This document shows, one piece after another, positions 56,368-64,000 of a stretch of 64,000 nt of DNA. This DNA is from Candidatus Parcubacteria bacterium (GTDB taxonomy: Bacteria > Patescibacteriota > Minisyncoccia > Phycocordibacterales > Zambryskibacteraceae). The notes under the pieces are model-generated. The model worked only from the letters and a program-made list of their open reading frames with translations, ran no database searches and was not told the DNA's origin. Made by a program: the position numbers and the translations under genes. Position 1 is the first letter of the stretch. Each line of letters begins with the position of its first letter. The stretch spans positions 1,181 to 65,180 of the forward strand of contig JAIFWO010000001.1 in the NCBI GenBank assembly GCA_019661895.1. The letters run 5' to 3'.

Positions 56368-58818
56368 TTATTCCTGCGTAGCGGTACTCTTTATGGGAGG
56401 GGTGGAACGCTTCTCGGGCTTCTTGGCGCTGGCCGGAGCTTTGTAGAAGGCGTCATGTCCCGCTTCAAGATTGGCGAGGATAGAGGCTACGTCGGCATTG
56501 TCTGGATTCGACGCAGCCAGGTCCTTAAATTCTCGGATGGCCTCTTCATGAGCCCCGAGTTTGTCCAATGAGAGGCCCAAGAAATATTTGGCGTTGGCAT
56601 ACTCTGGGACGATCTCGACGGCACGCTTCAGAGCCTGGGCAGCACCTAAGTAATCCTGAGTGGTGTACTTAAGAAGGCCAAGCTCGAAGAAGACTCCGGC
56701 ATTGTTGGGAGAGAGGATGGCCGTAGCCTCTGCCGCCTGGATGGCTTCAGCGACATTATTCTCCTGGACGTCGAGTTGCGTGAGGAGGAAGTAGGCGTCG
56801 ACGTAATCCTGCTTCTTCTGGATCGCGCTTTGGATATGGGTGCGGGCCTCTGCGGCGTTCCCATGATCGATCTCCAAACGAGCCATGAGGAGAGAGGGCT
56901 CGGGATTCTCGGGGCTCAATTTTTGCGCTGCTTCATAGGCACCTCGGGCGCTCTCATAAGCACCAGCTACCGCCAAAGGTTTCGGCACTAAGGCGGCGTA
57001 GACTCGGCCAAGTCTCACCCAGTTTTGATAATTGCCGGGATTTACTTTAGTGGCATTGTCTGCAGCCGCGATGCTCTTTTGGAAGACTGCCTGGAATGCA
57101 GTCTGCGTGGCCTCAGGCGTAGTAGTCGGGTTTTGGAGGATGCCTTGCGCTCGGGCAAAGGAGAGCTCGGAAAGCGAACCATAATAAATATCTGCTGGCG
57201 AGAGAGAGATGGCACGATCAAGCTCTGACTCTATCTTGTCAGCAGAGCTACCGACAACTCGGGAGAGGGCCAAAGCTCGCTCGAAGTGGAAGATCGAGGC
57301 CACCTTCTGGTATGAGACAAGCGCCAAAGAGAGTGAGCCGATCCCGATGATGATAATGACGAGGACAGAGGCGAAGTTGAGCGCCGGAGAACTGCGGAAG
57401 TGAAGTGTGCGGGAAGCGATAATACCGCCGGTTGCGGCCGAAGCCACGAAGAGTCCAGTAAAGATGAAGGCCAAAACGAGAAGGGCCGCGCTCGGCACGT
57501 AGAAGAAGGCCGCCGCCCACAAGAAGAGCGCTCCGACAAAAGAGGAGACGATGGCGAAACGCTCGGAGTTTTTAGAAATATTCCTTAGCGATCGCGCCCC
57601 AAGGATAAGAAGGGCGAGAAGAAAGCCAAGCCACATTAACCCACCAAGGAGGCCGGTAGTGGCAAGCATGGTCGGGATGAATCCAACGCCTGCTGGGAAG
57701 GCCACGTTCCAGAAGGTGGTGGTATTGATGGCCGAAGGCTTGTAGAGGAGCCAATCCTGGTCAAAGGTATTTGGCCCTGAGCCAAGGAGAGCCTCTTTGG
57801 CCAAGACCCGCCTAGCTACCGAGATGGTGGAGGAGAAGGATGGACGCACATCTGAGGTAACGATATGGAATTTATTGGAAAGCGCCGCACCAAGCGAACC
57901 TTCTGATAAGAAGGTCGGATTAATGGTAAAGATCAGAGACAGTGCCAAAAGGATGCCGACAGGCACTAAGCGCGAGAGCTTCCAAGTGCTGCGAGCTTCC
58001 ACTGTCGAGCGTTCGACCGTAAGGAAGTAAACCGCGGTGATGAGAGAGACCCCGAGAGTGATATACCAGGCTGTCGAGAAGTTGAGCACAGCCACTAGGA
58101 AGATAGACAGAAGGAAAATTATATAGACGATCGCTCTCCACGACTTGCGCAAGGTGAGCATCTCTAGCGCGAAGATGCAGATGATGGAGAGGAGCGCAAA
58201 GCCGACGGCGTAATCCGTCCAAGCGCCAATGGGACTCGCGGTAGCGTCCGGGAAGGCGCCAAAGACAAATGTATTGCCGCCAGTCGCAAGCTTAACAAGC
58301 GCGAAGACCAGCAAGAGGACCGCCGAGAGGAAGAAGGCGCCATACACCCGCAAGAGTCTCCCGGTATCCGTGACCGTAAGCGCCGACAGAAGAAAAAAGA
58401 TGGAACCCAAGAGCACGAAGGCAAATGTCCCAGTCTCGAAACTATATCCAAAGAGTGAGACCCCCGGAACCGAGCTGCCGAAAGCAGCCAGGAGATAGAC
58501 GAGCGGGAGCGCTACTACTCCCCACAGGACATAAGCTCTGGGGAGAGCAATACCCCCGGAGCGCAAGGCGCTGATCAAAAAGGCAATGAGACCCACAACA
58601 GCGCCAAGAGTAAGGAGTATGACCTTAGCCACACCAAGCGGCGCCAACGCTGTCGGGAGGAAGAATAGAGGAAGCAAGAATACAACAACGAGAAGTGTGA
58701 TGAAGCTGACTTTATAGGATGAATGCATAGCGTTGTGTTTATGATTAATGGATATATTGTAGCAAAGAAAGCTCTGCTTTGAAGCGAATTTGTGAATTAA
58801 AATAAGGCTAAACAGCAA
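56368..58818 (-). CDS. O-antigen ligase (Wzy_C)-like polytopic membrane protein with C-terminal TPR repeats
   Basis: About 12 TM helices are followed by multiple TPR-like helical repeats. The architecture is typical of Wzy_C+TPR proteins. Confidence 0.5.
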   Translation of the reverse strand: MLFSLILIHKFASKQSFLCYNISINHKHNAMHSSYKVSFITLLVVVFLLPLFFLPTALAPLGVAKVILLTLGAVVGLIAFLISALRSGGIALPRAYVLWGVVALPLVYLLAAFGSSVPGVSLFGYSFETGTFAFVLLGSIFFLLSALTVTDTGRLLRVYGAFFLSAVLLLVFALVKLATGGNTFVFGAFPDATASPIGAWTDYAVGFALLSIICIFALEMLTLRKSWRAIVYIIFLLSIFLVAVLNFSTAWYITLGVSLITAVYFLTVERSTVEARSTWKLSRLVPVGILLALSLIFTINPTFLSEGSLGAALSNKFHIVTSDVRPSFSSTISVARRVLAKEALLGSGPNTFDQDWLLYKPSAINTTTFWNVAFPAGVGFIPTMLATTGLLGGLMWLGFLLALLILGARSLRNISKNSERFAIVSSFVGALFLWAAAFFYVPSAALLVLAFIFTGLFVASAATGGIIASRTLHFRSSPALNFASVLVIIIIGIGSLSLALVSYQKVASIFHFERALALSRVVGSSADKIESELDRAISLSPADIYYGSLSELSFARAQGILQNPTTTPEATQTAFQAVFQKSIAAADNATKVNPGNYQNWVRLGRVYAALVPKPLAVAGAYESARGAYEAAQKLSPENPEPSLLMARLEIDHGNAAEARTHIQSAIQKKQDYVDAYFLLTQLDVQENNVAEAIQAAEATAILSPNNAGVFFELGLLKYTTQDYLGAAQALKRAVEIVPEYANAKYFLGLSLDKLGAHEEAIREFKDLAASNPDNADVASILANLEAGHDAFYKAPASAKKPEKRSTPPIKSTATQE

Positions 58819-58819
58819 A

Positions 58820-58848
58820 TTGCAAAAATTTCAAATTCGTGATATAAT
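58820..58848 (+). promoter_or_regulatory. sigma70-like promoter of rnpB (TTGCAA-17-TATAAT)
   Basis: The -10 hexamer ends 7 nt before the P1 stem. Confidence 0.5.
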
Positions 58849-58854
58849 ACACCA

Positions 58855-59177
58855 TGGTGTCGGGTAACTGCTCCATAGCAATATGGGGAGGAAAGTCCGA
58901 ACATTCAGTCCCGACAGTTTTCTCTCGAGAAAAATCGCCGGGACACAGGTAGCAGGTAACGCCTGCCGAGGGCAACCTTAGAAGTGAGAACAGAAACGAC
59001 CCGGTTCAGTCCGGCTGAAACGCGCAAAATCTTTACCCGAATGCAAGGCCGTGTCATTTGCCTGTATGAAAGTACGGATAAATGAAGTGCCGCTCGATCC
59101 TAACGGTGACGTTGGGACCAGATAAATAGTTACCGTTCCGCTTATAGCGGAATACAGAATTCGGCTTATAGACACCC
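58855..59177 (+). ncRNA. rnpB: RNase P RNA (bacterial, reduced length ~320 nt)
   Basis: P4 reads GGAGGAAAGTCCG. The 3' conserved block reads ACAGAATTCGGCTTATAG. P1 pairs ggtgtc with gacacc. A terminator (atcccgc-gcaa-gcgggat + T-run) follows. Confidence 0.75.
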
Positions 59178-59232
59178 AAAATCCCGCGCAAGCGGGATTT
59201 TGTTTTCTTTCTATTTCTACTTTTTATTTGAG

Positions 59233-61722
59233 CTATCTCAAACTATCCACTACCCAGCCATCTGCTCCTGAGGAGAAGTCTACCTGCCACCAGGTATAAC
59301 CGTCGGCTTGCGTAGGGCCAGCCGTAATGGTGCCGATAGCCCCCGCATTCTGGCTACCGAGTTTGAGTCCTGAGGTGGAAGGCGTGGAGCGAACGGTCAG
59401 CCTCTCAGTAGTGGAGACACTAGAACCGATGGCTAGAGGAATCGGAGCTTGAGTCTTTACCATAGAGTCTCCTATGGCCCAGCCGTCTGTACCGGTAGTG
59501 AAGTCCACATTGTACCAGGTGTAGCCTGAGCCTTGAGTGGGGCCAGCCGTGATCTGGCCTACCGCACTCGCACTTTGGGAACCGGCAGGTTTGCCTCCGG
59601 TAGCGGGGGTGGAGCGGATGTTGGTCTTTTGAGTAAGTTGGATCCAGTCTCCTACCTGGAGAGTAGTGGTTGGAGGAGGGGTGGTGGGGGTACCAGTAGT
59701 GTTCGAGACCAAGACTGAGACGCTCTGACTCACAGTGCTATTACCTGCCGCATCTCGAGCGACAGCAGTAATAATGTGCGAACCGTCTGAACCTGCTGTT
59801 GTATTCCAAGAAGCAGTGTAAGGGGGAATAGTTTTCTCGGTATCTACATTGACCCCATCAACCTTGAACTGCACACCCACGACGCCTACGTTGTCTGAGG
59901 CGGTAGCGATTAGGGTGGCTGTACCAACGAGGGTAGTGCCCGCTACTGGAGTAGTAACAGAGACTGAAGGAGCCGTGGTATCTCCAGTAGTAGGAGGTGG
60001 AGGAGGGAGGGAGATGGAACCGCTCCAGTCACCGGAGACTGCTCCTCGGGTAGCGTAGAGGACTGCGTCTATGTCTGCTCCTGGGTCAGAGCCGTCTGAA
60101 GCTTTGCCCTTGTATGGAGAGTTGGAGGAGAGGTGGAAGTCTGTGGAGGAGACGAAGCCGATGTCTGCCAGCGTCACCGGATAAGAGTTGTTAGCAGGAT
60201 AAGGGAAGAGCCATGTTGAGTCCTGATCATTCTTTGAGAGAAGGAAGACGTTATGATCAAAGGTCCACGACTTATTAGTGGCGGAATCAAGTCCTTTTAT
60301 TCCACTTCCAACTGCATTGGTAATGCCATAATAACCGTCGCCAATTACGTTGTCTTGGAAGATAAGGTTAGCTGAGGGAATTGCGGAATCGGGAATCATA
60401 AATGACTCCCCGTGTATAAGCATTGTGTTATGCACGGCAGTAATATTGGAAACTCCGGCAATACTAAACTCTCTCCAGCCAGGATTGTCCGCATTGCGTC
60501 CGTAGTCAATATTGTTGGCAATATAGAGTCGACTCATCGGCACAGCAACTCCGTATACACCACTAAGACCAAATGGGGAGGCCACGTTCTTCAAGATATT
60601 ATTTCTTATGACCACGTCCGAGGTCTCACACCAAGTGCAGCCGCCGTTCTGGTTAACAGACCAAAGGGTAAAGCCCCAACCAACCTGAGCGTCATTCCAG
60701 GCATTTTCAAGCACGTTACCTTCCATAAGAAGGCGCTTGCCAATCTTAAACTCGATAACATTCTTCTCCAGACGAGGGACACCGTCATAGATACTGGTAC
60801 CAGAGCGCCAGGTGAGCGGGCGGAAGAAGTGATTGCCTCGTATCTCCATGTCATTAGGGAGCATGCCTTGGATAGCGGGGTCAAAGCCGCCGAAAGCAAT
60901 ATCTTCAGAAGAGGCCTCGAGGAAATTGTTCACGATCTTATACGGGCCAGGGCCATTGCCACCGGCGATGGCCTGAGTATCATAACCCGCTCCCTCACAT
61001 TGTGAGACATAGGAGTCGATTACCGCGCTCCAGGCGCTGTTGAGTCCAATACAGCGGCGATTCTGAAGCGTGTCATATCCGTGCACATATGAGCGGTCGA
61101 CAACGATGTGATGTGGAATGCTTGCTAAAGTGTTTTGCACTGCGCCATCAGACGTACCCATGGCAAGAATCGTATTTACATCGATAAGTTGGGGTGCGGT
61201 GGTGATCTCAAGACCAATGAGTCGATAATAGTTTGCACCTGGCTGCGTAGCCACTGCGTTGGCGTAATTTACCCCTGTTTGCAATTTGGCAAGCTGTCCA
61301 GCATTAGCTGGAGTAACTCTCCTCCCCTCTGGAGGAAGAGTGCCATTGGACTTAATAACAATCCATTGATTGTTAGGGTTAGACTTGTTCCTTAAGATGA
61401 AGTTACCAGTGTAGGTGGCTCCGGCTTGGAGGACAATGGTGTCTCCAGGCTGAGCGGTATCAAGAGCGGCTTGGAGGTTTCCGCCTGAGGCTACGTTAAT
61501 AGTCTGGCCACTCTGAGAGGGCATAGTAGTGTCCACATAGGCTCGAGGGAGCTCGGCTGGACCGGCAAAGCCGGAGTAGCTGAGGTTGACGGAGGCGGTC
61601 TTGGATTGAGGAGAATTGCGGGTGAGCGGCTTAAAGACCGAGATAATAGCGACTAAGAGCACGAGTAAGGCTAAGGAAGCGATGAGTGGTGATTTTTTCA
61701 TGAAAGCGATAATTTGATTCAT
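59233..61722 (-). CDS. secreted right-handed beta-helix protein with Ig-like domain and two C-terminal SH3b domains, paralogue B
   Basis: The N-region and an internal ~65-aa block (SSTDFHLSSNSPYKGKASDGSDPGADIDAVLYATRGAVSGDWSGSISLPPPPP) match paralogue A. Two SH3b-like modules end ...GYTWYNVDF and ...GYTWWQVDF. Confidence 0.55.
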   Translation of the reverse strand: MNQIIAFMKKSPLIASLALLVLLVAIISVFKPLTRNSPQSKTASVNLSYSGFAGPAELPRAYVDTTMPSQSGQTINVASGGNLQAALDTAQPGDTIVLQAGATYTGNFILRNKSNPNNQWIVIKSNGTLPPEGRRVTPANAGQLAKLQTGVNYANAVATQPGANYYRLIGLEITTAPQLIDVNTILAMGTSDGAVQNTLASIPHHIVVDRSYVHGYDTLQNRRCIGLNSAWSAVIDSYVSQCEGAGYDTQAIAGGNGPGPYKIVNNFLEASSEDIAFGGFDPAIQGMLPNDMEIRGNHFFRPLTWRSGTSIYDGVPRLEKNVIEFKIGKRLLMEGNVLENAWNDAQVGWGFTLWSVNQNGGCTWCETSDVVIRNNILKNVASPFGLSGVYGVAVPMSRLYIANNIDYGRNADNPGWREFSIAGVSNITAVHNTMLIHGESFMIPDSAIPSANLIFQDNVIGDGYYGITNAVGSGIKGLDSATNKSWTFDHNVFLLSKNDQDSTWLFPYPANNSYPVTLADIGFVSSTDFHLSSNSPYKGKASDGSDPGADIDAVLYATRGAVSGDWSGSISLPPPPPTTGDTTAPSVSVTTPVAGTTLVGTATLIATASDNVGVVGVQFKVDGVNVDTEKTIPPYTASWNTTAGSDGSHIITAVARDAAGNSTVSQSVSVLVSNTTGTPTTPPPTTTLQVGDWIQLTQKTNIRSTPATGGKPAGSQSASAVGQITAGPTQGSGYTWYNVDFTTGTDGWAIGDSMVKTQAPIPLAIGSSVSTTERLTVRSTPSTSGLKLGSQNAGAIGTITAGPTQADGYTWWQVDFSSGADGWVVDSLR

Positions 61723-61762
61723 GGAATTTATTATACCTCAACTATTCTGAGCGCAACATCTT

Positions 61763-62143
61763 TTATATCCCCACTTGAGTGTTTGAGGTTGTCTCTGGGA
61801 TCGACTCTATCTCTATAATCTTGCCGATGCTTGGTCTATAGAGAATAGCTTTGCGAGCTTTGGGATAAATGAGCACCCTATCCCCCACTTGCGCGCCTTT
61901 GAAGAACGCTTCTCCAGCCAGAGCTTCTGGATCAGAGACGATACCGAGGACTGGCTCATCGCCCTCTGGCAACACCACGAATTTGGAGAGCGTATCGATG
62001 GTCTCTTGGAGGAGTGCGCTCTGGTCTGTAGCATTGCCGGCACTTGGAAGATTAGTAACAGTAATAGTAGAACGCGATCTGTAGTAGAAGTAGCCAAAGG
62101 CTACGACAAGAAGTACGGTGGCGATGAGGAATAGGCGCTTCAT
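61763..62143 (-). CDS. hypothetical signal-anchored protein
   Basis: ORF with an N-terminal TM segment. Confidence 0.3.
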   Translation of the reverse strand: MKRLFLIATVLLVVAFGYFYYRSRSTITVTNLPSAGNATDQSALLQETIDTLSKFVVLPEGDEPVLGIVSDPEALAGEAFFKGAQVGDRVLIYPKARKAILYRPSIGKIIEIESIPETTSNTQVGI

Positions 62144-62144
62144 A

Positions 62145-64000
62145 TTACTTGAGTGAGACGTATGGCTTTAGATCTAAGTCTAGAGTCATACTTCGAAGTA
62201 AAGCGAAGAATCGCTCAAGGAATAAGAATCCTGTATCCCCTCCTCCACCGCCGCCACTGCTACCTCCGCCAGTACTACCACCGCTGCCGCTGCCGCCAGT
62301 ACTGCCTCCACCACCGCCGTTAGTGCCGCCGGGCACGATAGGACCCGAGCCATTACCCTCTCCTCCTGCGCCACCACCTCCGCGAACTGGTCTCGTTTGA
62401 TTAGCCTGAATAATGATCTGCGGCGTAGCCGTATGGGTGAAGTTGGTGACCGAACCAGCATTAGTGAGGCGGAAGCAATACGTCGTCCCGGCCGAGACAA
62501 ACGAGGTCGAGCGCAGGGCGTACTCAAGCTCGGTGAACTGGGAGCTCGTGAGGGCGTGCGCGCTGGTCTGATTGGAACCTGCCTTCAAGTATCCAGCGGC
62601 GAAGGTCTTGCCGTTGGGGTTAGTGAGGCCAGCCGAGTCGGTAGTCGAGGCACTGTCGGAGAAGTATTGAGAGAAGTCCATCACCCAATGGGTACTATTG
62701 GTCTCGGTGGCTGGCACGGCCATCCATGCGGTACACGAGCTCGAGGCCTGCTCAAGTTTATAAGTAATTCCAGAAGCGTTCCCTGCTCCAGCGTTCGAGA
62801 TCACGAAGCGCAAGCGCTTGCGGTCACCAACGTATACGTCGCTTGTCAGAGCTGTATCCTCGCTCGCAGCGTAACTTGCTCCGCTCTCAGAACCGTCGTC
62901 ATTGCGCCAACGATAATGGAGTTCGGTTAAGTTGGGCACATCTGCGACCGCGGGCGTGGCCGGAGAGCCGCTTGGGGCTACACCCGGCGTAGACCAGTTG
63001 CCGTTAGTATCTAGAGTAAAGATCTTGTAATAGTAAGCTGTGCCATTACTGAGAGAGGTGTCTATACATGATGCTTGTAAGCCGTAACATGCCGCTCGCG
63101 AGGCGCCCGAGAGAGTCGAGGTCGAGTACGCAGTTCCTTCAACTGGGGTAAAGGTGATGGCAGAAGTAGAAGCGACAACCATGACTTTGCTCAAATCAGA
63201 ACTACCAGGATTGGTCCAGGAGAGCGAGTTCTGAGTATCACCAGAGCTTACTGTCGAGGCTCCAGGAGAATTTTCTGAACCTACAGAGTAGAAGGTGGCG
63301 GGAGAATTTTGGCTGTTGTATTCAGTGGTCAGCCAATCAGCCGAACGCATACCTTGAGACATGTGTACTTCGTCAACCGAACCAACTACGCCCGCCGCCA
63401 AACCATCGGACCAGGTACCGATGCCAAATGCCCCCGCCGAGTCCGAGACAGTCTGAACACCACTTCCGATTGAAGTGCCGAAGTTGCCATTATCAACTGC
63501 CGTGCCATTGCGGTAAATTTTAAAGTCTCCACTGGCAGCGGTGGATCCTGAACCATTCCAGGTGACTGAGTAGTGGTCCCACTGGCCGGTGGTACCGACA
63601 CTTGAAGCAATACGACCACCGTAGAGAGTGTTGGTAAGATCAGAAACCCAGAAATAGAAGTCGTTAGTGTTGAAAAATCCCATGACATATTCGTAGCCAA
63701 GGCTGTTGTATTTCTGAAGGACGGTACCATCGGTCGTATTGGTGCGGTTGACCCAGGCTGAAAGGGTTATCCCCGAACTTGGAGTAAGAGTGGCTCGGTC
63801 AGCTATCGTAATACCGCGGCCGCTAGCCGTGGAAACTTGCCCGCCAGCAAACGACCCCGCTCCAGCGATTTTACCTGTCGTTGCAGTAGGAGGGCTGGCG
63901 TCAAGCGAGCCGTTGCCCAGACCGGTCGAGTCATTGCCGTTGAGCGTTGTGCCATCGGCCAAGTGAGAGACGTACTTGAAGCTGCTATCCCAGACTCCAG
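62145..64000 (-). CDS. large secreted LamG/concanavalin-A-like domain protein with FN3-like region and Gly-rich C-terminal tail (5' end outside window)
   Basis: The LamG-like block reads GITLSAWVNRTNTTDGTVLQKYNSLGYEYVMGF...WDHYSVTWNG. The open frame continues past position 64000. Confidence 0.5.
   Translation of the reverse strand, partial: GVWDSSFKYVSHLADGTTLNGNDSTGLGNGSLDASPPTATTGKIAGAGSFAGGQVSTASGRGITIADRATLTPSSGITLSAWVNRTNTTDGTVLQKYNSLGYEYVMGFFNTNDFYFWVSDLTNTLYGGRIASSVGTTGQWDHYSVTWNGSGSTAASGDFKIYRNGTAVDNGNFGTSIGSGVQTVSDSAGAFGIGTWSDGLAAGVVGSVDEVHMSQGMRSADWLTTEYNSQNSPATFYSVGSENSPGASTVSSGDTQNSLSWTNPGSSDLSKVMVVASTSAITFTPVEGTAYSTSTLSGASRAACYGLQASCIDTSLSNGTAYYYKIFTLDTNGNWSTPGVAPSGSPATPAVADVPNLTELHYRWRNDDGSESGASYAASEDTALTSDVYVGDRKRLRFVISNAGAGNASGITYKLEQASSSCTAWMAVPATETNSTHWVMDFSQYFSDSASTTDSAGLTNPNGKTFAAGYLKAGSNQTSAHALTSSQFTELEYALRSTSFVSAGTTYCFRLTNAGSVTNFTHTATPQIIIQANQTRPVRGGGGAGGEGNGSGPIVPGGTNGGGGGSTGGSGSGGSTGGGSSGGGGGGDTGFLFLERFFALLRSMTLDLDLKPYVSLK

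Noticed and set aside
51073-60163. Near-identical ~200-nt segments in the two beta-helix paralogues considered as DGR template/variable repeats
   Set aside because: No reverse transcriptase is in the window. The mismatches (g/t, t/c, a/g, a 3-nt indel) are not adenine-specific as DGR mutagenesis would be. The pattern is more consistent with gene conversion.
62149-62400. Pro-rich 83-aa plus ORF
   Set aside because: It is the antisense translation of the Gly-rich tail of the LamG protein.

Overview
This 64 kb window reads as part of a small, reduced bacterial chromosome dominated by housekeeping genes. The gene content loosely resembles Patescibacteria/CPR-like genomes: short infB and valS, a 4-domain rpsA, a short rnpB, many small hypothetical genes, tandem pilin-like genes and large adhesin-like surface proteins. 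That lineage call is an inference, not a demonstration.

Recognisable core genes are dprA (partial), topA, parB, miaA, rpmG, clpB (frameshifted), iscS-like, infB, rbfA, gyrA, rpsA, pth, lepB, a divergent hisS-like gene, rpsU, ybeY, ftsA, ftsZ, trxB, tsaD, valS, lepA, murJ, a sHSP gene, a nrdH-like gene, and an ftsB-like gene.

There are 13 tRNA genes, including a cluster of five at 14640-15261, and a short RNase P RNA.

Accessory content comprises:
- a previously unrecognised ~80-100 nt structured RNA motif in four copies, each just downstream of a tRNA gene. It shows compensatory base changes in three stems, and one copy is flanked by a 23-nt duplication of the tRNA-Trp 3' end. This is the most novel item.
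- a tandem array of six divergent small two-helix VirB2/TrbC-like (pilin-like) genes next to an orphan solute-binding-protein gene.
- a large repeat-rich adhesin gene split at a C7 homopolymer, which looks phase-variable, with a C-terminal peptidoglycan-binding/TM module in the downstream ORF.
- two mosaic paralogous beta-helix/SH3b surface proteins plus a LamG-domain giant protein.
- an HD (dGTPase-family) + CYTH gene pair inserted between ftsA and ftsZ.
- an array of five to eight single-gene cassettes (27.1-30.7 kb), each with its own sigma70-like promoter and terminator and a shared leader motif.
- a promoter-to-terminator-bounded ~360-nt candidate ncRNA upstream of rpsA.

No CRISPR array, rRNA, transposase or integrase is visible.
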